Positions 17,006 through 25,664 of a stretch of DNA of 28,444 nucleotides are shown piece by piece. Location of the stretch: the NCBI GenBank assembly GCA_964554735.1, contig CAZKPV010000005.1:1-28444 (forward strand). Reading direction: 5' to 3'. The stretch is from an uncultured Clostridia bacterium. Its GTDB lineage: Bacteria; Bacillota; Desulfotomaculia; Desulfotomaculales; CAZKPV01. Position numbers and translations under genes: made by a program. Each line of letters starts with the position of its first letter. Positions within the stretch are counted from its first letter, which is position 1. Below the pieces are notes generated by a model, which saw only the letters and a program-made list of their open reading frames with translations, had not been told where the DNA came from and did not search any database.

Positions 17006-19507
17006 ATGGCGAGGAAAAAAACCAAGAAAACTAAAAAAACACAGGCGCGAGCGCAAGTTGAATCACCCACCCGGGTGCAATTGGACACCCAGGCACCGTC
17101 AAGTGCAAACGTGTTATACTGGATTGCTTTTTGGGGTTTGGCTGCAATACTTTTTGTTTCACCCTTTTTTAGGGGACTATTTTTTGCAGCCGATCAGCAA
17201 AAGGCATTGCTGTTTTTAACGGGAGTTTTTTGGCTGATCTGGCTTTGGAAGTGGTATGCCAGGGACTATAAATTTTTATCGGGTCCGCTCGATTACTTGG
17301 CGTTGGGCTTTACCGTTGCCTACATAGTGTCTACTGTTTTTGCCGTAAACACGGGGTTGGCGGTAGATGGGGCGGTTGCCGCCTTGTTGTGTTTTTTTGC
17401 GTACTGGTCATTGGCGCAGTTAGTTCGGGGTGAGGCCGATGCGGTTAGGGTTTTGCACATTTTCTATTTCGCGGCCCTTGTTGTGGCCTTGGCCGGACTC
17501 GCCACGGCAACCGAGGTTATACATATCAAAGACGGCTTCAAAAGTGGGCGGATTTACGGACCGTTTCAATACCCGAACGCCCTAGCCAGTTATTTGGCGG
17601 CTATTTTCTTTTTAGGCGTATATCTCTGGCACAGGTCACTGGCATTTTCTGTTGAAAAAATCGCGGGAAGGGATGGGTCCATGCACGGCGTGCCCAAATG
17701 GTTTCGTGTGGCCAATCCTTATCCTTACTTATACGCGGCCGGGAACCTTTTGATTTTATCTGTTTTTATAGGAGCCCGTTCCAACGGCGGCTTCATAGTT
17801 ATCGCCGGCGCATTACTCTTGTTTATGATCGGATTGCCGCGCTCCCGTGACCGGGTATTTTTACATATTTTATTTACCGGGTCCATTGCCTATTTCACCA
17901 ATTTTAAATTCCTGGCCTACGTCAAGGAAGGCCACCTTGATGGTGCCTGGTTGTGGATATTGTTGGGGATTACCGCTATTGCCGCCGGCCAGTTTCTGAT
18001 CGACTTATACCGAAACAGTGAAAAGTGCAGGGACTTTGTGTCCTCTGTTAACAGCTACAGAAACATCGCCATAATTGTATCGGTTCTCTTGGTTGTAGCG
18101 TTAGTCGCCGGCGGTGCCATGCAGATTGCCGGGGACCAGGACTTGCAGGACCAATTCAAGAAAAAGATCAAGGCCCATAACCTCTACCACCGGGTTTACT
18201 ACATCGGCGATGCAATTGAGATGATTAAGGACAAGCCCGCCTTTGGCTGGGGCGGCGGCGGTTGGGAAGAAGCCTACCGTTCCTACCAAAGTTATGCCTA
18301 TAATTCCAATGAAGTTCACTCATATTACGGCCAGTTGGGTGTGGAGACCGGCCTATTTGGATTGTTTATTACCGCTTTGATTTTGTTTTTCTTCCTGCGG
18401 GCGGGGCATAGGGTTTACTATGGAAGCCGCCGGGGAAGCGTTAGGGGAAGTCCGGAAAAGGAAATCGGGAACATTAAGCGCCAGGAGCTCATTTGGGCGA
18501 TAATTGTGTCAGGTGCCGTTTTGAGTATCCACGCCATTGTGGATTTCGACCTGTCTTTGACCTCAATTGCCTTTGCCTGGTGGGCAATGTTTGCCCTGGC
18601 GGGAAAACTAGAGCGTGTCCAGGATATGGAGCAAAAGATAGCGGCGGGGGAACTGGATAAAAGACCCACCAGGAAACACAAAATATACATGCCGCGTAGG
18701 GGCACGGTTTTGGGTGCCGTAACCGTTGGGGCACTGGCCATAATGGTGATTGGCGGCTCCTTGGTCAAGGCAACTTCCGAATCGGCGGCGGCCTCTGTGG
18801 CCATTCAAGGGCAAAACTTGAATGCGGCGATAGAACACATGGAAGCCGCAACAAAATACAACCCATTAAACCCGGATTACCACTTGCAGCTAGCCCAGTA
18901 CTACAGCCACGCCGGCGAGCCGAGCCTGGCATGGGAAGCCGGGGAAAGGGCTTTGGCCAGGGGGAAACGACTAGCTGATCGCTACAGTGTTTTGGCGGTT
19001 TTGGCCCAATCCGTAGGGGATACCGACAGGGCGATAGCCTATGCGGAAAAGGCGGTGGAACTAGCTCCCTTCCAGCTTAAGTGGTTCGAAGACCTTTCGC
19101 GCATGTATTTTGTCATCGGCATCAATGAGATCGGAAGCGGCGAGAAGGAAGACGCTAGGGAGCACATGTTAAAGGCGGTAGAAATTCCGCAAAGGGTACA
19201 GAAAGTTGCGGATAGCGTGCCGGAGGAAAAGGAGTGGTTGACCAGGTCGGTTAAGGTGACGGCTCCGATTAATTTAAGCGTGGGCATAGCCCAATATTTC
19301 CTGGACCAGCCGGAAGATGCGGAAAAGAATTTAAAAAAGGCAGTCGAGGGCAAGGAAACAAAAGCCGAGGCTTCCTTCTGGATGAGTATATTTTACGATA
19401 GCCGGGGCAACGAAAAAAAGGCCTCGGAGTATTACAAGCAGGCCGAGGAACTGATACCCGAACTGATTGATAGCTACGACGTTCTACGGTCATTACCCTT
19501 GCTATAG
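17006..19507 (+). CDS. O-antigen ligase/Wzy_C family membrane protein with C-terminal TPR repeats
   Basis: Many TM helices; GPFQYPNALASY; RVYYIGDAIEMIKDKPAFGWGGGGW...EVHSYYGQLGVETGLFG (ligase periplasmic-loop motif); TPR-like helices AIEHMEAATKYNP, AIAYAEKAVELAP. Confidence 0.85.
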   Translation: MARKKTKKTKKTQARAQVESPTRVQLDTQAPSSANVLYWIAFWGLAAILFVSPFFRGLFFAADQQKALLFLTGVFWLIWLWKWYARDYKFLSGPLDYLALGFTVAYIVSTVFAVNTGLAVDGAVAALLCFFAYWSLAQLVRGEADAVRVLHIFYFAALVVALAGLATATEVIHIKDGFKSGRIYGPFQYPNALASYLAAIFFLGVYLWHRSLAFSVEKIAGRDGSMHGVPKWFRVANPYPYLYAAGNLLILSVFIGARSNGGFIVIAGALLLFMIGLPRSRDRVFLHILFTGSIAYFTNFKFLAYVKEGHLDGAWLWILLGITAIAAGQFLIDLYRNSEKCRDFVSSVNSYRNIAIIVSVLLVVALVAGGAMQIAGDQDLQDQFKKKIKAHNLYHRVYYIGDAIEMIKDKPAFGWGGGGWEEAYRSYQSYAYNSNEVHSYYGQLGVETGLFGLFITALILFFFLRAGHRVYYGSRRGSVRGSPEKEIGNIKRQELIWAIIVSGAVLSIHAIVDFDLSLTSIAFAWWAMFALAGKLERVQDMEQKIAAGELDKRPTRKHKIYMPRRGTVLGAVTVGALAIMVIGGSLVKATSESAAASVAIQGQNLNAAIEHMEAATKYNPLNPDYHLQLAQYYSHAGEPSLAWEAGERALARGKRLADRYSVLAVLAQSVGDTDRAIAYAEKAVELAPFQLKWFEDLSRMYFVIGINEIGSGEKEDAREHMLKAVEIPQRVQKVADSVPEEKEWLTRSVKVTAPINLSVGIAQYFLDQPEDAEKNLKKAVEGKETKAEASFWMSIFYDSRGNEKKASEYYKQAEELIPELIDSYDVLRSLPLL

Positions 19508-19539
19508 AAAACGGTAAAACGGTAAAACGGTAAAACAGT
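19508..19539. repeat. 8-bp tandem repeat (AAAACGGT)x3 + AAAACAGT
   Basis: Starts immediately after the TAG at 19505-19507. Confidence 0.92.
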
Positions 19540-19616
19540 TAACCGATTAATGGAACAAGTTAGCGAAGTTTGCCTTAATTTGTCGGCAGGACAAAAAATT
19601 TCGCATCGCGGGAAGT

Positions 19617-19859
19617 AATTTCGTGTTTTTTGAGCAAAAATACAACTTTTACAGAAAAAAGATCCAGTCCGCTAGGAAATTTCGTGTTTTCTGAGCAAAA
19701 ATGCAGGTTATTTAGGAACATTATGGATGCGGGGCCATTAAGCGGTAATAGTTTTCATTAAATGGATGAAATTCTCGGTAAAAGCTGTAATTTTGCTCAT
19801 TTTCGTACCTAAATGTGGTTTTCAGGCAAATATCTTTGTAAAAGTTGTAATTTTGCTCA
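19617..19859. repeat. Mirror-symmetric four-copy repeat array, ~60-bp period
   Basis: Forward copies at 19631-19652 (TGAGCAAAAATACAACTTTTAC) and 19692-19713, inside a 24/25-identical 25-mer at 19617 and 19678. Reverse copies at 19778-19799 and 19838-19859 (GTAAAAG[C/T]TGTAATTTTGCTCA). Confidence 0.88.
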
Positions 19860-19986
19860 CCGCGTCGCAGAAAGAAACAATATTACCCCGAGCAGTTAAA
19901 AACACAATAAAAAACTAAAAAGAACAAAAAAAGGATGTAATTTTATTTATCCGACTGTAAAAAGGGCTTGGTGGCGTGGGTGGCGT

Positions 19987-20018
19987 AAAAAAGGCACCTA
20001 ATGGGGGTGTTTGCCTTT
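19987..20018 (-). terminator. Probable Rho-independent terminator of the DUF559-like gene
   Basis: The minus strand reads AAAGGCAAACACC-CCCATTA-GGTGCC-TTTTTT: a GC stem with a 2-nt bulge followed by U6. Confidence 0.6.
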
Positions 20019-20056
20019 CGCCCCTCCTGTGTGTAAAGGGAATAAGGGATGATAAA

Positions 20057-20953
20057 TTAAGTGGAACCTATTTTATCGTCATTGGCGTGTCCACTATCAG
20101 CGCGGATGGAAGGAAGCAATTTTCGAAGAAGATAATTCCTCTGGTAAAACTTGCCTGTGCGGATTTGTATGCGTTTGCCCAAGCGGCGGGCTAGATTGTG
20201 GGCAAAATCAGCAAAATCATCCTTGTTATACAATTGGATTGTGCTTAAATGCATTACATTAATGCCTTGCTTTTCGAGTATTGCCGACCGCATCATATCC
20301 CTACCTTGTTCGGCAGGGCTGTTATGAAAAGCGAAACTATCATATTCTACCGCAAGCCGTTTGGATTGGTAATATAAATCGGCAAGGCATCGTTCCTGCC
20401 TAAGGCGGGTGGCCCCTTTTTTGTCTAGCTTAATTTCTTGGTTAAAAGTTGCTCCGCCTAAGCCAAACCCTCCCAGGTAGTTAGGTAGGGTTAGCAACAT
20501 GTACACTAATGACTCCATAATGGAGGCGGAGCCATCTTGCACATATTTAACCGCCCGCAAGGATTTTCGATGTCCGCGGTGGCCGGATGTTTTAGCAAGA
20601 AATGTTGTAAGTTTCCGCTTTGTTGTAAGTGCCTTTGTGGGATTACCGGGCGGATGTGAGCAAAGCTGCAAGCCAAGCAGTATGTGGCGATGCACGCTTA
20701 GTTTTGATGCCAACTGTAGAAAAACCAACTCGGGCGAGGCAACAACTTCACCGTTTTTCGATACAAGTGCACCCGAAGGAAGATCAACTGTACAGGTAGA
20801 CACAACATGATTGCCCTTGATATGCCCGGTTTTCCTGTCGGGAACAGTGATGTATACGGGTAGGTCTTTATTTTTTTCAAAGCCCAACACCGTTTGTATG
20901 TAAGGAATATTCCAGTAAAATGCGGCTGAGTAACTACTTAGATAACTTTTCAT
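20057..20953 (-). CDS. DUF559/Vsr-like PD-(D/E)xK nuclease-domain protein with an AbiEi-like N-terminal region (298 aa)
   Basis: SPELVFLQLA, SASIMESLVYMLLTLP...GGFGL, ADLYYQSKRLAVEYDSFAFH and DMMRSAILEKQGINV match the pattern of DUF559-family proteins as recalled. Start set at ATG 20953 (MKSYLSSYSAAFYW) from promoter geometry; the upstream extension runs through a tandem repeat. Confidence 0.7.
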   Translation of the reverse strand: MKSYLSSYSAAFYWNIPYIQTVLGFEKNKDLPVYITVPDRKTGHIKGNHVVSTCTVDLPSGALVSKNGEVVASPELVFLQLASKLSVHRHILLGLQLCSHPPGNPTKALTTKRKLTTFLAKTSGHRGHRKSLRAVKYVQDGSASIMESLVYMLLTLPNYLGGFGLGGATFNQEIKLDKKGATRLRQERCLADLYYQSKRLAVEYDSFAFHNSPAEQGRDMMRSAILEKQGINVMHLSTIQLYNKDDFADFAHNLARRLGKRIQIRTGKFYQRNYLLRKLLPSIRADSGHANDDKIGST

Positions 20954-20959
20954 ACTGGA

Positions 20960-20988
20960 ATTATACCCAAAAGTGAGCAAAAGTGCAA
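20960..20988 (-). promoter_or_regulatory. Sigma-A type promoter TTGCAC-N17-TATAAT, probably giving a leaderless mRNA
   Basis: -35 at 20988-20983 and -10 at 20965-20960; only 6 nt to the ATG at 20953; no Shine-Dalgarno. Confidence 0.75.
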
Positions 20989-20995
20989 CTTTTAC
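20974..20995. repeat. Fifth copy of the array motif (TGAGCAAAAGTGCAACTTTTAC)
   Basis: 20/22 identical to the reverse complement of 19838-19859; overlaps the -35 box. Confidence 0.85.
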
Positions 20996-21055
20996 GTTGG
21001 AACCCTGGCCGTGGATAAACAAAATAGCCAGGGAAGCAAGATAAAATGTTCCCCG

Positions 21056-21116
21056 GCAACGACCCGCAACGACCCGCAACGATCGGCAACAGACCCGCAA
21101 CAACCCACAACGAAGG
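21056..21116. repeat. Degenerate 10-bp tandem repeat (GCAACGACCC)x~6
   Basis: GCAACGACCC GCAACGACCC GCAACGATCG GCAACAGACCC GCAACAACCC ACAACGAAGG. Confidence 0.88.
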
Positions 21117-21137
21117 GGTTTCACTCGAATGATTTTC

Positions 21138-21980
21138 CTAAAACTCCACCACCGTGCCCGCGTTATTGTCGAAAAACCTGTCGCCAAACTCCTTGGCCAT
21201 AACCTCGGCGGCCCGCGGCCCGGTACAATGGGAAACTCCTATTCTTTCCACCCCCATGGCCTTGGTTTCAGCGATAGTGTGTCCAATTTGTTCCGCACCG
21301 GCTCGGAAAAGATGGGTTCCGCCCACCACGGCGTGTATCTTGTCGATACCGGTAATCTCTTTTGCCCGGATCAGGGTGTTCACCATTCCGTGATGGGCAC
21401 AGCCCAGTACTACCACGAGCCCCTTTTCGGTTTTAACCACCATGGCCTGGTCATCCCATAGGGGATCGGGCACCATCTTCCCGTCCTTTTTTACATACAA
21501 ATTGCTGACAACGGCTTCAAAGGGCATCTTCAAAGGAACCTCCCCGGTGGTTACCACGCTATCGTTTAGCCAAACAGGACCCTTGGCCATTTTGAAATCA
21601 GCACCGAGTCTCCTCAACTCATCCCTGCTGAAAGGCACGCCGATATAGTGGAAAATCTCCTTGCCGTTATCCGGCCGCCCGGAATACTTTTCTTCCCACA
21701 TGTCCGGGTGACCGTAAATCGGCATATTTTTTTCGGCTACCCCAAGAAAGGCACGCAACCCGCCGGTATGGTCATAGTGGCCGTGACTTATAACCACCTT
21801 GTCCACAGTTTTCAAATCCACCCCACACGCCTCGGCATTGGCCGTGATTAAATTGGAAGCCCCGGTGTCAAACAATATCTTTTCCCCGCCGGCCTCTATC
21901 AGGATACCCAATCCCCATTCACCTGTCACGCCGGAAATGCCCGCAGTATTCTCGCAAATAGTAGTCAATCTCAAAATCAT
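21138..21980 (-). CDS. MBL-fold metallo-hydrolase (COG1237-like)
   Basis: GEWGLGIL, LFDTG, ISHGHYDHTGG (HxHxDH), GCAHHG, GGTHL, SHCTG. ATG 21980 follows a GGTGGAGGTG RBS. Confidence 0.9.
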   Translation of the reverse strand: MILRLTTICENTAGISGVTGEWGLGILIEAGGEKILFDTGASNLITANAEACGVDLKTVDKVVISHGHYDHTGGLRAFLGVAEKNMPIYGHPDMWEEKYSGRPDNGKEIFHYIGVPFSRDELRRLGADFKMAKGPVWLNDSVVTTGEVPLKMPFEAVVSNLYVKKDGKMVPDPLWDDQAMVVKTEKGLVVVLGCAHHGMVNTLIRAKEITGIDKIHAVVGGTHLFRAGAEQIGHTIAETKAMGVERIGVSHCTGPRAAEVMAKEFGDRFFDNNAGTVVEF

Positions 21981-22030
21981 CACCTCCACCCAATCATACC
22001 AAAACAACCCGGCAAATAATAGGGGATTGC

Positions 22031-22055
22031 AGGAAAAATACTACATTTGTCGAAA
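22031..22055 (+). promoter_or_regulatory. Putative SigH-like promoter, copy 2 (AGGAAAAA-TACTAC-ATTTGTCGAAA)
   Basis: AGGA-N17-GAAA spacing, about 12 nt upstream of the GAGGAGG RBS of the dehydratase gene. Confidence 0.55.
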
Positions 22056-22072
22056 TAATCACTGTTGAGGAG

Positions 22073-23944
22073 GTGGGCCCCCTGGTGGTCATCCGACGCA
22101 AAATCCTGCTGATGCTCATAGATGCTGTAATGGTCAACATCGCCCTATTCGGGGCGTTTTACTTGCGTTTCGATGGTAACATACCGGCGCAAAACCTCCA
22201 ATCCGCCTACAATGTTTGGCCCTACCTCACAATAATGTGGCTGGCACTCTTTCTGCTCTTTGGTTTCTACAACCGCCTGTGGAGGTACGCTAGCACGGGG
22301 GATCTCCTGGTCATTGTCCGGGCGATCAGTGCCGGCGTGTTGGCTAGCATTGCCCTTACATATTTCCTACAGGAAACATTACCCAGAAGCGTTTTCATTA
22401 TATATTGGGGAATCAACATCGTCCTAGTCGGTGGCACCCGTCTGGCCTGGCGACTTGTACGGGAACGCCTTGTGACCCCCCAAACAACACCGCGGATACA
22501 GCCCCGAGATGGGCGTAAGGTTTTAATAGTCGGTGCCGGGGATGCCGGGGTGATGGTTCTCAAGGAACTGATGCAAGCCCGGCGGGAGGGCCATGACATG
22601 ACCCCGGTTTGCTTCGTTGACGATGACCCGATTAAACAAAACCAACAACTCCTGGGCATACCTGTTTTGGGCGGCAAGGGGGACATTCCCAGGTTGGCCA
22701 AAAACTTTGGCATCGAGGAAATAGTTATAGCCATGCCCTCGGCACCCGGTAGCGTGATCAGGGAACTTGTAGATATTTGCCGGAGGACGCCGGCCAAGCT
22801 AAAAATAGTACCCAAGCTCTACGAAATAATAGACGGAAGAATAAGCGTCAGTTCCCTTCGGGAAGTCGAAGTGGAAGACCTACTTTGCCGGCAGCCGGTT
22901 AAAGTCAACCTAGAGGAAATAACCGGCTATATAGGCGGAAAATGTGTTCTGGTTACCGGTGCGGGAGGATCCATCGGCTCCGAGCTGTCCCGCCAGGTGG
23001 CCTGCCACGACCCGGCCACCCTCATATTACTAGGCCATGACGAAAATCCGATCTTCGAAATAGAACAGGAACTGGGGCGCATTTTTCCCTATGTTAATCT
23101 CAAACCAGTTATATGCGATGTGAAAGATAAAGCCAAAGTTAACACGGTTTTTAAACAACACAAGCCCCAAGTCATATTCCATGCGGCGGCCCACAAACAC
23201 GTGCCCTTGATGGAAGAAAACCCCGAGGAGGCCATAAAAAACAATGTCCTGGGAACACGAAACGTGGCTGTAGCCGCGGACCGGCACGGTGCCGGCGTCT
23301 TTGTTTTCATTTCGACCGACAAGGCCGTCAACCCAACCAGCGTAATGGGTGCCACCAAACGCATCGCCGAAATGGTAGTACAGTCAATGGCCCGGCAGAG
23401 TGCAACCAGGTTTGCAGCGGTCCGTTTCGGCAATGTTCTGGGAAGCCGGGGAAGCGTATTGCCCACATTTAAGGAGCAGATAGCCCGCGGGGGGCCGCTC
23501 ACGGTAACCCACAGGGAAATGGTGCGCTATTTCATGACCATACCCGAGGCCGTACAACTGGTCATCCAGGCCGGGGCCATGGCCCGGGGGGGAGAAATTT
23601 TCGTCCTGGACATGGGGGAGCCGGTAAAAATACTGCACATGGCGGAGGATTTAATTCGCCTGAGCGGGCTTGAGCCCTACAAGGACATCGACATAAAGAT
23701 CACCGGAATCAGGCCGGGTGAAAAACTGTACGAGGAACTGCTAACCGATGAGGAGGGCACAACCGCCACCAAGCATAAAAAAATATTTATCTCCAAAAAC
23801 AATGATGTCGACACCGAAAAACTAGAGGAATATATAATCCTTTTTGCTGCAAGGAATTGGGCGGACAACAGAGAAGAACTACTAGTAATGCTAAAGGATC
23901 TGGTCCCAACATATCATTTAGAAAATAGCCTGCAAACGGGGTAA
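22073..23944 (+). CDS. UDP-GlcNAc 4,6-dehydratase, membrane-bound CapD/PglF/EpsC family
   Basis: Four N-terminal TM helices; VLIVGAGDAG CoA-binding-like domain; TGAGGSIGSEL, FHAAAHKHVP, ISTDKAVNPTSVMGATKR, RFGNVLGSRGSV. The start may be GTG 22085, since the RBS GAGGAGG spans 22067-22073. Confidence 0.95.
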   Translation: MGPLVVIRRKILLMLIDAVMVNIALFGAFYLRFDGNIPAQNLQSAYNVWPYLTIMWLALFLLFGFYNRLWRYASTGDLLVIVRAISAGVLASIALTYFLQETLPRSVFIIYWGINIVLVGGTRLAWRLVRERLVTPQTTPRIQPRDGRKVLIVGAGDAGVMVLKELMQARREGHDMTPVCFVDDDPIKQNQQLLGIPVLGGKGDIPRLAKNFGIEEIVIAMPSAPGSVIRELVDICRRTPAKLKIVPKLYEIIDGRISVSSLREVEVEDLLCRQPVKVNLEEITGYIGGKCVLVTGAGGSIGSELSRQVACHDPATLILLGHDENPIFEIEQELGRIFPYVNLKPVICDVKDKAKVNTVFKQHKPQVIFHAAAHKHVPLMEENPEEAIKNNVLGTRNVAVAADRHGAGVFVFISTDKAVNPTSVMGATKRIAEMVVQSMARQSATRFAAVRFGNVLGSRGSVLPTFKEQIARGGPLTVTHREMVRYFMTIPEAVQLVIQAGAMARGGEIFVLDMGEPVKILHMAEDLIRLSGLEPYKDIDIKITGIRPGEKLYEELLTDEEGTTATKHKKIFISKNNDVDTEKLEEYIILFAARNWADNREELLVMLKDLVPTYHLENSLQTG

Positions 23945-23962
23945 CATCAGGGGGATAAAAAT

Positions 23963-25513
23963 TTGCCGCCAATCGGAATAGTAGCCCGGGCCACTATAGT
24001 CATTACACTGATATCTGTTTTGTCCAAGATTCTAGGATTCGCCCGGGAAGCAGTTATAGCAAGTGAATTTGGCGCAACCAGTGCCACTGACGCCTATTTG
24101 GTTGTTTTTAATCTAGCCTACATGGCCTACGGGCTTCTAAGCGGTGCCCTCGTGGCCGTTGTAGTCCCGGTGCTGACCGGCAAACTGGTCCGGGGGGAAC
24201 AGCACGAAGTCAACCGGGTTTTCAGCACTGTCGGCGGCATCGTTTTTGTAATCATCGCCGTGGTCGCCGGCTTGAGCGTTTGGAAATCACATTTGATCAT
24301 CGGACTGTTTGCACCCGGATTCAACGAGCCGGTGGCCCGACTAGCAACCCAACTGGCGGTTATCGTACTTCCCTCGGTGGTGTTTATGGGCCTGGGCAGC
24401 CTGTTCATGGGCCTGCTCAATACCTATAACATTTTCGCCCCGTCCGCCTTTGCCGGGCCGGTACTAAACTTGACCATCATCATTGCCGCCCTTACCCTGG
24501 GTAGGATATACGGGATACACGGTTTGGCCTTGGGCGTGCTCCTGGGGTCGATGGCCCTGGCCCTGGTGCAGGTACCTTTTTTGAAAAAAACCGGCTTTTC
24601 CTACCGGCCGTTACTGGATATTGGCAACGATTCAGTGAAAACCATCTTTAAATTGATGGTACCCATACTTTTAAGTAGTGGAATCGGGCAGGTCAACATC
24701 CTGATATACTACTTTTTTGGTTCCTCACTGGTGGAGGGAAGTATTTCCGCCCTGAATTACGCCACGAAACTGGTGCTCTTGCCCCAGGGGATATTTGTTT
24801 TGGCCATAACAACGGCGGTGTTTCCCACCCTCAGCCGCTTTGTCGCGGAAAAAGCACAGGATCGCTTTATAGAAACCATCATCAAGGGAACGAAAATGAT
24901 TTCCCTCATGGCCATACCCGCCGCGGTGGGCCTCCTCGTTTTAAGGGAACCAGTTATCAAGCTCCTCTTTATGCGGGGGGCCTTTGACGAAAGGGCACTG
25001 GCCATGACCTCGGGGATACTGTTCTTCCTGGCCTTTGGTCTGATCGGACAGTGTTTGGGGCCGCTTTTCACCCGAGGATTCTTTGCCCATCAGGACACCA
25101 TCACCCCGGTGAAAATAACCCTTGTGGCGGTGGTCTTGAACGCCCTTTTGAGCTTTCTTTTAATCGGGAGAATGCAGTACATGGGCCTGGCCCTGTCCAA
25201 TACGATCATATCGCTGCTTACCCCGATCCTGCTCGCATTTGTATTGAACAAACGGGTACCGGGGCTACTGGACAAATCACTACTTCACTTTCTGTTCAAG
25301 GTTGGCGTGGCCTCGGTGATCATGGGCGTGGCGGTCTATATTTGCAACAGCCTCCTGCTGATAAGCCTACCGGCCACCGGGATGGCCCTGGCTTTGAGGG
25401 TGGTAATCGACATCACCTTTGGCGGTCTGGTCTACCTGGCACTGGGATTCATGCTGAAAATAGAGGAATTCCACTACCTCACGGGCCTTGCCCGGTCTAT
25501 AATCAAACGGTAA
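23963..25513 (+). CDS. murJ: MurJ/MviN family lipid-linked precursor flippase
   Basis: SVLSKILGFAREAVIASEFGA, LNYATKLVLLPQGIF, TAVFPTLSR, LFMRGAFD, FFAHQDTITP; TTG start. Confidence 0.9.
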   Translation: MPPIGIVARATIVITLISVLSKILGFAREAVIASEFGATSATDAYLVVFNLAYMAYGLLSGALVAVVVPVLTGKLVRGEQHEVNRVFSTVGGIVFVIIAVVAGLSVWKSHLIIGLFAPGFNEPVARLATQLAVIVLPSVVFMGLGSLFMGLLNTYNIFAPSAFAGPVLNLTIIIAALTLGRIYGIHGLALGVLLGSMALALVQVPFLKKTGFSYRPLLDIGNDSVKTIFKLMVPILLSSGIGQVNILIYYFFGSSLVEGSISALNYATKLVLLPQGIFVLAITTAVFPTLSRFVAEKAQDRFIETIIKGTKMISLMAIPAAVGLLVLREPVIKLLFMRGAFDERALAMTSGILFFLAFGLIGQCLGPLFTRGFFAHQDTITPVKITLVAVVLNALLSFLLIGRMQYMGLALSNTIISLLTPILLAFVLNKRVPGLLDKSLLHFLFKVGVASVIMGVAVYICNSLLLISLPATGMALALRVVIDITFGGLVYLALGFMLKIEEFHYLTGLARSIIKR

Positions 25514-25549
25514 TGGGGAAAATCCGGGGGAAAACTTGGGTCAGGCCGG

Positions 25550-25614
25550 CCGTGAGAAAACCGCGGAAACCGTGAGAACTGCGAAAACCGTGGAGACCGT
25601 GAAAACCGTGGGAA
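25550..25614. repeat. Degenerate 9-bp tandem repeat (CCGTG[AG][AG]AA-like)x7
   Basis: CCGTGAGAAAA CCGCGGAAA CCGTGAGAA CTGCGAAAA CCGTGGAGA CCGTGAAAA CCGTGGGAA. Confidence 0.88.
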
Positions 25615-25664
25615 CTAGGGTCGGGTTTGGGTAATCGGTATAGTTAAGTAGGGGGTGTAACATT

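Noticed and set aside
19617-19859. CRISPR array (25-bp repeat + ~36-bp spacer geometry)
   Set aside because: Only two copies per orientation, the orientation flips midway, copies are degenerate, and no cas genes are in the window.
19838-20995. Classical IS element with terminal inverted repeats
   Set aside because: The ORF shows no DDE, HUH or serine/tyrosine recombinase motifs, and no target-site duplication is evident.
20954-21187. 78-aa N-terminal extension of the DUF559-like ORF
   Set aside because: It runs through the promoter and the decamer repeat and overlaps the MBL gene; the internal ATG at 20953 fits the promoter.
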